From NCBI GenBank assembly GCA_000437915.1, contig FR901000.1, positions 119,244-183,243 of the forward strand: a DNA stretch of 64,000 bases. Direction: 5' to 3'. Below the pieces are notes generated by a model. That model saw only the letters and a program-made list of their open reading frames with translations, was not told the origin of the DNA and made no database searches. Below are positions 19,446 to 27,049 of the stretch, piece by piece; the stretch's first letter is position 1, and each line of letters opens with the position of its first letter. This stretch comes from Subdoligranulum sp. CAG:314. Lineage in GTDB: Bacteria; Bacillota; Clostridia; Christensenellales; CAG-314. A program made the position numbers and the translations under genes.

Positions 19446-19474
19446 ATTATAAGTGAGCGCGGACAAAAAAGCAA
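19446..19474 (-). promoter_or_regulatory. Sigma-A-type promoter of the cit operon
   Basis: Minus strand reads TTGCTT, 17-nt spacer, TATAAT, about 50 nt upstream of citD. Confidence 0.5.
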
Positions 19475-19499
19475 CTATTTGCAAAAATATTGACTTTAT

Positions 19500-19528
19500 T
19501 TGACATGCGCTTAAAAAAAAGTTATACT
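19500..19528 (+). promoter_or_regulatory. Sigma-A-type promoter of argS
   Basis: TTGACA (19500-19505), 17-nt spacer, TATACT (19523-19528). The -10 box ends only 9 nt before the ATG at 19538. Confidence 0.5.
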
Positions 19529-19537
19529 ACTTTCATT

Positions 19538-21223
19538 ATGGAATTTAAAAGTTATATCTCATCCGTGCTCGACCTTGACGGACTGAGTTCCGACGAAGTC
19601 GCCTCCCTGCTTCAGGACGTCGCCGACCCGCGTATGGGCGACGTCGCCCTGCCCTGCTTCAAGCTTGCCGCACGCCTTAAAAAGCCGCCGCAGGCAATCG
19701 CCTCGCAGATAGCGGAAAAGTTCACGTCGGACGGGCTTGTGGAACGCGCGCAGGCGGTAAACGGCTACGTCAATTTCTTTTTCGACAGAAAAGCCGCCTC
19801 GCGGAGAATTCTCGCAGAGCTTCCGGACATGAACGGCGAGCTTTTGAAAGACGTCGGACAGGGACGCACGATTTGCATAGATTACAGCTCGATAAACATC
19901 GCCAAACCCTTTCACATCGGACATCTCGGCACCACCGCGATAGGCGGCAGCCTCTGCAAAATCTTCAAGGCGCTCGGATACTCTGCCGTCGGCATAAACC
20001 ATCTGGGCGATTGGGGCACGCAGTTCGGCAAGCTGATTGTCGCCTTCAAAAAATGGAGCGACAGAGAAACCATAGAAAAGGGCGGCGTGCGCGCCTTGCA
20101 GGAAATTTACGTTCGGTTCCACCGCGAGGAGGAAACCGACCCCTCCTTGACAGACAAGGCGAGGGAGTGGTTTGCAAAGCTCGAAAAAGGCGACGAAGAA
20201 GCAACCGAGCTGTTCTCCTTTTTCAAAAAAATCACTCTCGACGAGGTGGAAAAGGTTTACAAGCGCTTGAACGTATCTTTCGACAGCTACAACGGCGAAA
20301 GTTTTTACAACGACAAGATGCAGCCGATTTTGGACGTGCTCAAACAAAAGGGACTTGCGAAAATGTCCGAGGGCGCGCTTGTCGTGGAGCTTGAAGAATA
20401 CGGCATGCCCCCCTGCCTGTTGGTAAAGGCGGACGGCGCGACGCTTTACGCCACGCGCGACCTTGCCGCCGCGCTGTATCGCAAGAATACCTACGGTTTT
20501 GACAAATGTCTCTACGTGGTCGCTTATCAGCAGAATCTCCATTTCCGACAGATTTTCAAGGTTTTGGAGCTTGCCGGCTTTGATTGGGCGAAGGATATGG
20601 TGCACGTGGCTTACGGCATGGTGTCTCTCGAAGAAGGCAGCATGAGCACGCGCAAGGGCAATGCCGTGTGGCTTGAAGACGTATTGGACAAGGCGGTGGA
20701 AAAGGCTCTCGATATTATCACCGAAAAAACGCCCGACCTTGAAAACAAACGGGAAACCGCCGAGCAAATCGGCGTGGGAGCCGTCATGTTTTCCGCGCTG
20801 TGCAACGCAAGAATTAAGGACATAACTTTCAGTCTCGACCGCGTACTCAATTTCGACGGAGAGACCGCGCCCTATCTGCAATATACTTATGCCAGATGCC
20901 GCTCCATAGAACAAAAAATAAAACAGACGCGCATAGCTCCCGACCCGAACGGAATAGACAACGACGAGGCGTGGGAAGTAATAAGGCACATTGAAAAATT
21001 CGTCCGCACGGTGGAAACCGCGGCGGAAAGATACGAGCCGAGTTTGATAAGCAACTATCTTATAGATTTGGCGCAGGTATTCAATCGTTTTTATCTCGCG
21101 CACAGAGTCATCAACGAGGACAAGGGCGTGGAAAACGCCCGCCTTGCTCTCGTCAAAACAGTGGCGAATATCCTCAAAAGAGGTCTTGCCCTTTTGGGTA
21201 TTGCCGCACCGGAAAAAATGTAA
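19538..21223 (+). CDS. argS: Arginine--tRNA ligase
   Basis: The N-terminus MEFKSYISSVL...PRMGDVALPCF fits the ArgS add-1 domain. Class I HIGH-type motif (PFHIGHLG). DALR anticodon-binding C-terminus. Confidence 0.9.
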   Translation: MEFKSYISSVLDLDGLSSDEVASLLQDVADPRMGDVALPCFKLAARLKKPPQAIASQIAEKFTSDGLVERAQAVNGYVNFFFDRKAASRRILAELPDMNGELLKDVGQGRTICIDYSSINIAKPFHIGHLGTTAIGGSLCKIFKALGYSAVGINHLGDWGTQFGKLIVAFKKWSDRETIEKGGVRALQEIYVRFHREEETDPSLTDKAREWFAKLEKGDEEATELFSFFKKITLDEVEKVYKRLNVSFDSYNGESFYNDKMQPILDVLKQKGLAKMSEGALVVELEEYGMPPCLLVKADGATLYATRDLAAALYRKNTYGFDKCLYVVAYQQNLHFRQIFKVLELAGFDWAKDMVHVAYGMVSLEEGSMSTRKGNAVWLEDVLDKAVEKALDIITEKTPDLENKRETAEQIGVGAVMFSALCNARIKDITFSLDRVLNFDGETAPYLQYTYARCRSIEQKIKQTRIAPDPNGIDNDEAWEVIRHIEKFVRTVETAAERYEPSLISNYLIDLAQVFNRFYLAHRVINEDKGVENARLALVKTVANILKRGLALLGIAAPEKM

Positions 21224-21235
21224 AAGCAATTCAAA

Positions 21236-21267
21236 GGGGCGACGCCCATTCGGACGTCGCCCCTTTT
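21236..21267 (+). terminator. Intrinsic terminator after argS
   Basis: GGGGCGACG-loop-CGTCGCCCC followed by TTTTCTTTT. Confidence 0.75.
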
Positions 21268-21315
21268 CTTTTAAGGGAGATTCCACCTTCCTTCAAAAAA
21301 GCGTTTATGCCGTCA

Positions 21316-21504
21316 TCAAGCCGTAGTCCGAGCAACCGTAATTTCTACGGGATATTCCGCTTCTATGCTCGAAGGAGCGACAATTGACGCGGAAGCGGGT
21401 TCTTTCAGAAATCTCACTATGGTAACGACCGCGCTCGTGCAAATTGCCGCCAGCAAAACCGCCATAAGCGCAAAGATGATTTTTCTTTTTGTCGATTTGG
21501 TCAT
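21316..21504 (-). CDS. Small single-pass membrane protein (hypothetical)
   Basis: 62 aa from the ATG at 21504, with a perfect AAGGAGG SD 6 nt upstream. KRK followed by a hydrophobic helix (IIFALMAVLLAAICTSAVVTIV). Has its own promoter. Confidence 0.5.
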   Translation of the reverse strand: MTKSTKRKIIFALMAVLLAAICTSAVVTIVRFLKEPASASIVAPSSIEAEYPVEITVARTTA

Positions 21505-21535
21505 ATGCGCACCTCCTTTACATATTTGCAACTAT

Positions 21536-21563
21536 ATTATACCATAGTTTTCAAATATTGCAA
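21536..21563 (-). promoter_or_regulatory. Promoter of the small membrane protein gene
   Basis: Minus strand reads TTGCAA, 16-nt spacer ending in TG, then TATAAT (extended -10). Confidence 0.5.
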
Positions 21564-21660
21564 CTGTTTTGCGCATATTTTATGAAAATATTTTTATTGT
21601 TTTTTCTTAATTTTCAAATCCTGCAAACAACGCCCATATTCAAAGTCAAGCAAAGCGGAT

Positions 21661-22962
21661 TCATTCGATTTTTTCGATGATTATCGGAGAAGACTCGGGT
21701 TTTTCGTCGCCCAGCGCAAAAGCGTCCGCCGCAAGCCCGACGGCTTTTTCAAAAAGCTTTTCGTCCGAACAGTACAGCGTGGCGCACGTTTCCCCCTCCG
21801 CCGCGAAATCGCCCTTCTTTTTGCGGAGAACTATACCCGCCGACAAATCTATCCCGTCCTCCTTTTTGTTTCTTCCCGCGCCCAACGCAAGGCACGTCTC
21901 TCCGATTTTTTCGGCGTTTATTCCGACAACGAAGCCGCCGCCCTTCAATTTTACATCCATTGAAAAGGGCGCGTTGCAAATCCTTTCGGGAGCGTTTAAA
22001 AAAGCCGTGTCGCCGCCCTGCGCCGCCACCCATTCCTTGAATTTTTTTAGCGCGCCGCCCGTTTCGAGCGCCTCGCGAACTCTTTCCTCCGCTTCTTTTG
22101 CGGAAATTTCGAGCGCAAGCCGCGTCATCTCTGAAGCAAGCGCAAGGCACAGCTCTGTCAGACGCGGTTCCCCCCTGCCCCGCAAAACCTCCGCCGCTTC
22201 GACAACCTCCAATGCGTTTCCCACGCAATAGCCCAGCGGCTCGTCCATATCCGTCACAAACGCCGTTGCCCTGCGTCCTGCAAGGCGGGCGACAAGCGTC
22301 ATTTCGCGGGCGAGAGCTTCGGCAAACCTCCGCGTTTTGGCAAAAGCGCCGCTGCCCGTTTTGACGTCAAGCACTATGTTGGGCGCGCCGGCAGCCAGCT
22401 TTTTGCTCATTATGCTCGAAACAATGAGCGGAACGCTGTCCACCGTGGCGGTAAGGTCGCGCGCGGCGTAAAGCTTTTTGTCGCAGGGCACGAGGTTTTT
22501 TGTCTGCGCAACGACGGCAATACCCGTTTTTTTGACAATACGGGCAAATTCCTCCTCGTCAAGCTCGGTTTTAAAACCCGGTATGGCTTCCAGCTTGTCT
22601 ACGGTGCCGCCGGTAAAGCCAAGACCGCGCCCGCTCATCTTCGCCACGGTTACGCCGCAGCAGGCGGCAAGAGGAGCCACCGCAAGCGTGGTTTTGTCTC
22701 CGACTCCGCCTGAGGAGTGCTTGTCGGCGCAAGCGCTCCCCCAACCGCTCAAATCAAGACTGTCTCCGCTTTTTGCCATAGCGTTTGTCAGGGCAAGCGT
22801 TTCCGCTCTCGTCATGCCGTTGAAATAAACCGCCATGAGAAACGCGCCTGTCTGCTCGTCCGAGGCAAAGCCGTTTGTCACGCTTTGCGTGAAAAAGGAA
22901 ATTTCCTCTTCCGTAAGCTCTGCCCCGTCGCGTTTGCGTTTTATTATGTCGTAGATGCGCAT
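21661..22962 (-). CDS. pdp: Pyrimidine-nucleoside (thymidine) phosphorylase
   Basis: MRIYDIIKRKRDG..L..EEI.FF N-terminus, DKHSSGGVGDK motif, about 433 aa. Confidence 0.9.
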   Translation of the reverse strand: MRIYDIIKRKRDGAELTEEEISFFTQSVTNGFASDEQTGAFLMAVYFNGMTRAETLALTNAMAKSGDSLDLSGWGSACADKHSSGGVGDKTTLAVAPLAACCGVTVAKMSGRGLGFTGGTVDKLEAIPGFKTELDEEEFARIVKKTGIAVVAQTKNLVPCDKKLYAARDLTATVDSVPLIVSSIMSKKLAAGAPNIVLDVKTGSGAFAKTRRFAEALAREMTLVARLAGRRATAFVTDMDEPLGYCVGNALEVVEAAEVLRGRGEPRLTELCLALASEMTRLALEISAKEAEERVREALETGGALKKFKEWVAAQGGDTAFLNAPERICNAPFSMDVKLKGGGFVVGINAEKIGETCLALGAGRNKKEDGIDLSAGIVLRKKKGDFAAEGETCATLYCSDEKLFEKAVGLAADAFALGDEKPESSPIIIEKIE

Positions 22963-22964
22963 TT

Positions 22965-23129
22965 TTACCAATCCTCTTTTATGTCCAGCTTGACGTCGCT
23001 GTAAAACTCCTTGTATTTACGCCTGAATTTTTCGGCGTCCTTTTCAGGAGCCTCCCGCAAAAAATCGTCGTAGTCCGGTCCGTCGTCGTCCATAAACTCG
23101 GACAGGCGCATAAGCTCGTATTTGTCCAT
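22965..23129 (-). CDS. Small acidic hypothetical protein (ORF below the track length cutoff)
   Basis: My translation of the minus strand gives MDKYELMRLSEFMDDDGPDYDDFLREAPEKDAEKFRRKYKEFYSDVKLDIKEDW (54 aa). It exactly fills the gap between cdd and pdp: 3 nt after the cdd stop, and its stop lies 2 nt before the pdp ATG. Confidence 0.45.
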   Translation of the reverse strand: MDKYELMRLSEFMDDDGPDYDDFLREAPEKDAEKFRRKYKEFYSDVKLDIKEDW

Positions 23130-23132
23130 AGC

Positions 23133-23543
23133 CTAATTCCCCTTTTTCAGCGTAAAAGAACGGGGCAGAAGCCCGCCCAGCGAAAACTCCGCCGTTTCGC
23201 CGCCGCTTTCGGATAAAATCAAAAAATCCTCCGCGCAAAATTCACTCATAACCTGACGGCATTCGCCGCAGGGCAGGCACAAGCCGTCTGAGTCGGGCGA
23301 AACCACGGCTATTGCCTTAAACTCTCTTTTGCCTGCCGCAACAGCCTGAACAAAAGCCGTCCGCTCGGCGCATACGGTTGACGAAAACGCCGAATTTTCC
23401 ACGTTGCAGCCGACAAACATACTGCCGTCCGCGCACAGCAGGCAAGCGCCCACGCGGAACAAAGAATAAGGCGAATAACTGTTTCGCGCCGCCTCGCGCG
23501 CTTTTGAAAGCAGCTTTCCCTTCACAACGTCGTCGATGCTCAC
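23133..23543 (-). CDS. cdd: Cytidine deaminase
   Basis: CAER...PCGECRQ zinc-binding motifs. A GTG start at 23543 makes a GTGA overlap with the deoB stop. The long N-terminal extension in the ORF track is arginine-rich nonsense overlapping deoB. Confidence 0.85.
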   Translation of the reverse strand: MSIDDVVKGKLLSKAREAARNSYSPYSLFRVGACLLCADGSMFVGCNVENSAFSSTVCAERTAFVQAVAAGKREFKAIAVVSPDSDGLCLPCGECRQVMSEFCAEDFLILSESGGETAEFSLGGLLPRSFTLKKGN

Positions 23544-24712
23544 AAAACAATTTCCTCCGCAAAGCTTTTTCCCGTTTTGAGACCGAGTCCCAGCAGCTGC
23601 GCGACGGTGGCGCCTATGTCGCAGAAGCTTTCTCTGACGCCCAGATTCACGCCGCTTTTCAACCTCCTGCCGAATGCCACTATCGGCACGTATTCTCTTG
23701 TGTGGTCGGTGCTCACGTCCGACGGGTCGCAGCCGTGGTCGGCAGTGACAATCGCCGCGTCTCCCTCTCCAAGCAGCAAATCGAGCTTTTTCAGGTCGGA
23801 GTCGAAAGAGCTCAACGCCTTCGCATAGCCGTCCGCGTCGTTTCTGTGTCCGTATTTGCTGTCGAAATCCACCAGATTGACAAAAATCAGCCCTTTTATA
23901 TCCCGCCTTGCAAGGTCGCAAGTCTTTTCCATACCGTCCCCGTTTGAGACGGTGTGTATACTTTCGGTAAGGCCGCGTCCGCAGAAAATGTCGCCTATTT
24001 TTCCCACGCCGACGCATTGCAGCCCCGCCGCCTTTACGACGTCAGTGAGCACCTCACCGTGCGGTTGAAGGGAAAAATCCTTTCTGTCCGATGTTCGTAT
24101 ATAGTCGGGTTCGTCGCCCTTAAAGGGACGTGCTATGACTCTGCCGACGGAGTATTTCCCCGTCATGATTTTTCTTGCTTTTTCGCAGACGGAATACAGC
24201 TCGTCAAGAGGCACCGAATCAATGTGCGCGGCAATCTGCATCACGCTGTCGGCGGAAGTATACACGATAAGCGCGCCCGTCTCCGACTGCTCCCTGCCGA
24301 AAACCTTCAAAACCTCCGTACCCGAATAGGGCTTGTTGCAAAGCACCCTCCTGCCCGTTTTTCTTTCAAGCGCGGCGACAATTTCGGGCGGAAAACCGTT
24401 CGGAAACACGGGCATTTTTTGACGGGAAACAAGCCCTGCAATTTCCCAATGTCCGCTCGTGGTGTCTTTTCCCGCCGAAAGCTCGCGCGCTTTGCCGAAG
24501 CACCCCTCGGGATGAGACGCGGGACAGCCGCAATCCACGCCGTCGATGTTGAACAATCCCTTGGATTTGAGAAAAGGGACGTTCAGAAACGGGCTTTTGC
24601 AAACCGCTCCCAGAGTATTCGCCCCCTCGTCGCCGAACAAAGCGGCGTCGGGCGCCGCTCCCACTCCGAAGCTGTCCGCCACAATCAAAAAAACACGTTT
24701 GAATTTTTCCAT
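23540..24712 (-). CDS. deoB: Phosphopentomutase
   Basis: 390 aa. N-terminus RVFLIVADSFGVG and the TADHGCDP motif. Confidence 0.9.
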   Translation of the reverse strand: MEKFKRVFLIVADSFGVGAAPDAALFGDEGANTLGAVCKSPFLNVPFLKSKGLFNIDGVDCGCPASHPEGCFGKARELSAGKDTTSGHWEIAGLVSRQKMPVFPNGFPPEIVAALERKTGRRVLCNKPYSGTEVLKVFGREQSETGALIVYTSADSVMQIAAHIDSVPLDELYSVCEKARKIMTGKYSVGRVIARPFKGDEPDYIRTSDRKDFSLQPHGEVLTDVVKAAGLQCVGVGKIGDIFCGRGLTESIHTVSNGDGMEKTCDLARRDIKGLIFVNLVDFDSKYGHRNDADGYAKALSSFDSDLKKLDLLLGEGDAAIVTADHGCDPSDVSTDHTREYVPIVAFGRRLKSGVNLGVRESFCDIGATVAQLLGLGLKTGKSFAEEIVL

Positions 24713-24716
24713 AATT

Positions 24717-25418
24717 TTATTCCGCAGTTTCCAGCGCGATTTCTATCATCTGAGTAAACGACGTCTGCCTTTGCTCTGCGGGCAGAGACTCTCCGCGCAA
24801 AGGACAGTCGCTGACGGTGAGCACCGCAAGCGCCCTTTTGCCGAATTGCGCCGCCTTCATGTAAAGCGCCGCAGTCTCCATTTCTACCGCAAGCACTCCC
24901 ATACCTTTCCACTTTTCGAGCGAGTCGTCGTAAAAAACGTCGCTGCTCAATACGTTTCCCGTCCTAGCGTTGACGTTTCGTGCCAAAGCCGCGCTCTCCG
25001 CTTTTTTCAGCAGCCCGAAATCGCCTATCGGCGCAAAGTCGCCGGGCAGACGGTAGGATGCGGCAAACGCGCTGTTGGTGCATGCCGCCTGAGCCAGAAC
25101 TATGTCGCGCAGGTTCACGTCGTCGGCAACCGCGCCCGCGCTTCCCACGCGGATAATGCACTCAACGCCGTAGCAATCGAAAAGCTCGTGGGCGTATATG
25201 GCAATGGACGGCATGCCCATACCCGACGCCATGACCGAAACCCTCTTGCCTGCGTAAAAGCCCGTCCAGCCGTTTATACCGCGCACGTTGTTTACAAGCC
25301 GCGCGTTTTCCAGATAATTTTCGGCTATAAAGCGCGCCCGCAGCGGGTCTCCGGGCATAAGCACCGTTTTGGCAAAGTCTCCGTATTTCGCCGTGTTGTG
25401 CGGAGTAGGCGTTTTCAT
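24717..25418 (-). CDS. deoD: Purine nucleoside phosphorylase, DeoD type
   Basis: 233 aa. TPHN...VLMPGDPLRA...SGMGMPS...VEME motifs. Confidence 0.9.
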   Translation of the reverse strand: MKTPTPHNTAKYGDFAKTVLMPGDPLRARFIAENYLENARLVNNVRGINGWTGFYAGKRVSVMASGMGMPSIAIYAHELFDCYGVECIIRVGSAGAVADDVNLRDIVLAQAACTNSAFAASYRLPGDFAPIGDFGLLKKAESAALARNVNARTGNVLSSDVFYDDSLEKWKGMGVLAVEMETAALYMKAAQFGKRALAVLTVSDCPLRGESLPAEQRQTSFTQMIEIALETAE

Positions 25419-26086
25419 ATCTTTATCTCCTCCTCTATGAAATCGTTTCCGAGCAGTCCGCTGGCTCCTATTCTGTCGCAGCCGAGCAGGAGAAATTTCG
25501 CTGCCTGCTCAAAGGTTTTTATTCCTCCCGAAGCCTTTATTTTAAGCCCGTCGGGCAAATGCCGTTTAAAAAGACTTACGTCCTCCTCCGTCGCCCCGCC
25601 TCCGCCGAAGCCCGTCGAGGTCTTGATGAAATCCGCTCCGCAGTCCCCGATCAGCTTCAAGGCAAGAAGCTTTTCTTCGCGCGTCAGAAAACAGGTTTCG
25701 GCAATCACTTTAAGTATATATCCCTCGGTGAGAGCGCGCAGCGCTTCAAGCTCGGTTTTCACGTATTCCGTTTCGCCCGCTTTGAGCGCGCCAATGTTGA
25801 GCACGACGTCTATTTCTTCCGCGCCGTCCTCCAGCATTCCCGCAATCTCGAAAATTTTTGCGTCGGTGGAAACGTAACCGTTGGGAAAACCCGCAACCCC
25901 GCACACCCTGATTTGTCCGTCGGCGGCGCGCACCGCGTCCTCCACATAGCAGGGCGGCACGCAGACGCTTGCGGCTTTGAACCTTGCCGCAATCAAGGTT
26001 GCCTGCTCCACGTCGGCGCGGCTTGCCGTCTGCTTCAAAACCGTATGGTCCGTCCTTGAAATCACGAAACTCTTTTTCATATCCAT
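25415..26086 (-). CDS. deoC: Deoxyribose-phosphate aldolase
   Basis: 223 aa. IDHT-like RTDHTVLK, and the FIKTSTGF Schiff-base lysine motif. The ATG at 26080 is an alternative start. Confidence 0.9.
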   Translation of the reverse strand: MDMKKSFVISRTDHTVLKQTASRADVEQATLIAARFKAASVCVPPCYVEDAVRAADGQIRVCGVAGFPNGYVSTDAKIFEIAGMLEDGAEEIDVVLNIGALKAGETEYVKTELEALRALTEGYILKVIAETCFLTREEKLLALKLIGDCGADFIKTSTGFGGGGATEEDVSLFKRHLPDGLKIKASGGIKTFEQAAKFLLLGCDRIGASGLLGNDFIEEEIKI

Positions 26087-26106
26087 TTTTCCCTTCGTTT
26101 CGGTTT

Positions 26107-26135
26107 ATTATATTCTTAAACTTACTTTTTGTCAA
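26107..26135 (-). promoter_or_regulatory. Consensus sigma-A promoter of the deo operon
   Basis: Minus strand reads TTGACA, 17-nt spacer, TATAAT, about 20 nt upstream of deoC. Confidence 0.65.
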
Positions 26136-26192
26136 ATCGAGACGAGCGTGCGCCTTGTGCGGGCTTTGGCATATTCGGTCGGCAAAGGCGAA

Positions 26193-26219
26193 GCGCCGCG
26201 TGCATTTTGCACGCGGCGC
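26193..26219 (-). terminator. GC-rich hairpin after the ECF S-component gene (probable end of the operon)
   Basis: 11-12 bp stem GCGCCGCGTGC / GCACGCGGCGC, 30 nt after the stop. The trailing T-run is weak. Confidence 0.4.
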
Positions 26220-26248
26220 GATACGGCATTGTTTTACATGAAAATTGC

Positions 26249-27049
26249 TCAATCGGCTCTTTGTTCGATACGCTCGAACAATCCGTATTTATTTTTTATT
26301 CTGTTGAGTTTTTCTAAAAAAGGATTTGTCAAAAGCAGCAGAAAAACGACGTTTGACGCCGCGTACACCGCCATAAAGGGCAGACTCGACGCTATAAGCG
26401 CCGCATATCTCGACCAGCTCCAGCTGCCGTCGAAATTCAGGACAGACCATACGTCCATCATGACGGAAAACAACACTCCGCCCAATATTCCCGCCAAAAC
26501 AAGCAAAAAGCGGTTGGGCTTTTTGCCCCGCTTGAAAATCAGTCCCGACAAAAGTCCAAGGAATCCCCATACAAACATCTGAAACGGAGTCCAGGGTCCC
26601 TGTCCGTAAAATATGTTGGACACCACGGCGGACAAGGCGCCGGTCACGAAGCCCGCCTGCATTCCGTAGGCTATCCCCGTGATGATCACCATGGCGGTAA
26701 CGGGCTTGAAGCCGGGAAGCGGCGCGAAAATCAGTCGTCCCACAACGGACAGCGCCGTAAGCACGGCAATAACCACAAGCTCGCGCGCGCCCGTTTTTCC
26801 CCTTTCAAAGCCGATAAAAAACGGGACGCACGCCAAAAAAGCGATAATCAAAGAAATTATGTTGTATTTTCTGTCGTCAAACAGCTTTACTCCGATAAAA
26901 ATCGCCGCGGGGATGGCAATCAGATAAACGCATAAAGATATCACGCTGCGCCAACGCGGCGCAACCCTTTTGCGCTTTTTGGGCGATGCGGAGCTTTCCT
27001 CGACGACGTCTTCAAGCGGCATGGCAAAGCAAATCAGTTTTTTATCCAT
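26249..27049 (-). CDS. ECF transporter substrate-specific (S) component, candidate corrinoid-specific (CbrT-like)
   Basis: 266 aa with about 6 hydrophobic helices. Last gene of the riboswitch operon and overlaps the EcfA stop by 8 nt. Substrate assignment is inferred from context only. Confidence 0.6.
   Translation of the reverse strand: MDKKLICFAMPLEDVVEESSASPKKRKRVAPRWRSVISLCVYLIAIPAAIFIGVKLFDDRKYNIISLIIAFLACVPFFIGFERGKTGARELVVIAVLTALSVVGRLIFAPLPGFKPVTAMVIITGIAYGMQAGFVTGALSAVVSNIFYGQGPWTPFQMFVWGFLGLLSGLIFKRGKKPNRFLLVLAGILGGVLFSVMMDVWSVLNFDGSWSWSRYAALIASSLPFMAVYAASNVVFLLLLTNPFLEKLNRIKNKYGLFERIEQRAD

Noticed and set aside
19395-19537. T-box leader upstream of argS
   Set aside because: Only about 140 nt are available, and two divergent promoters occupy most of it. 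There is no specifier-loop/T-box sequence or terminator-antiterminator pair.
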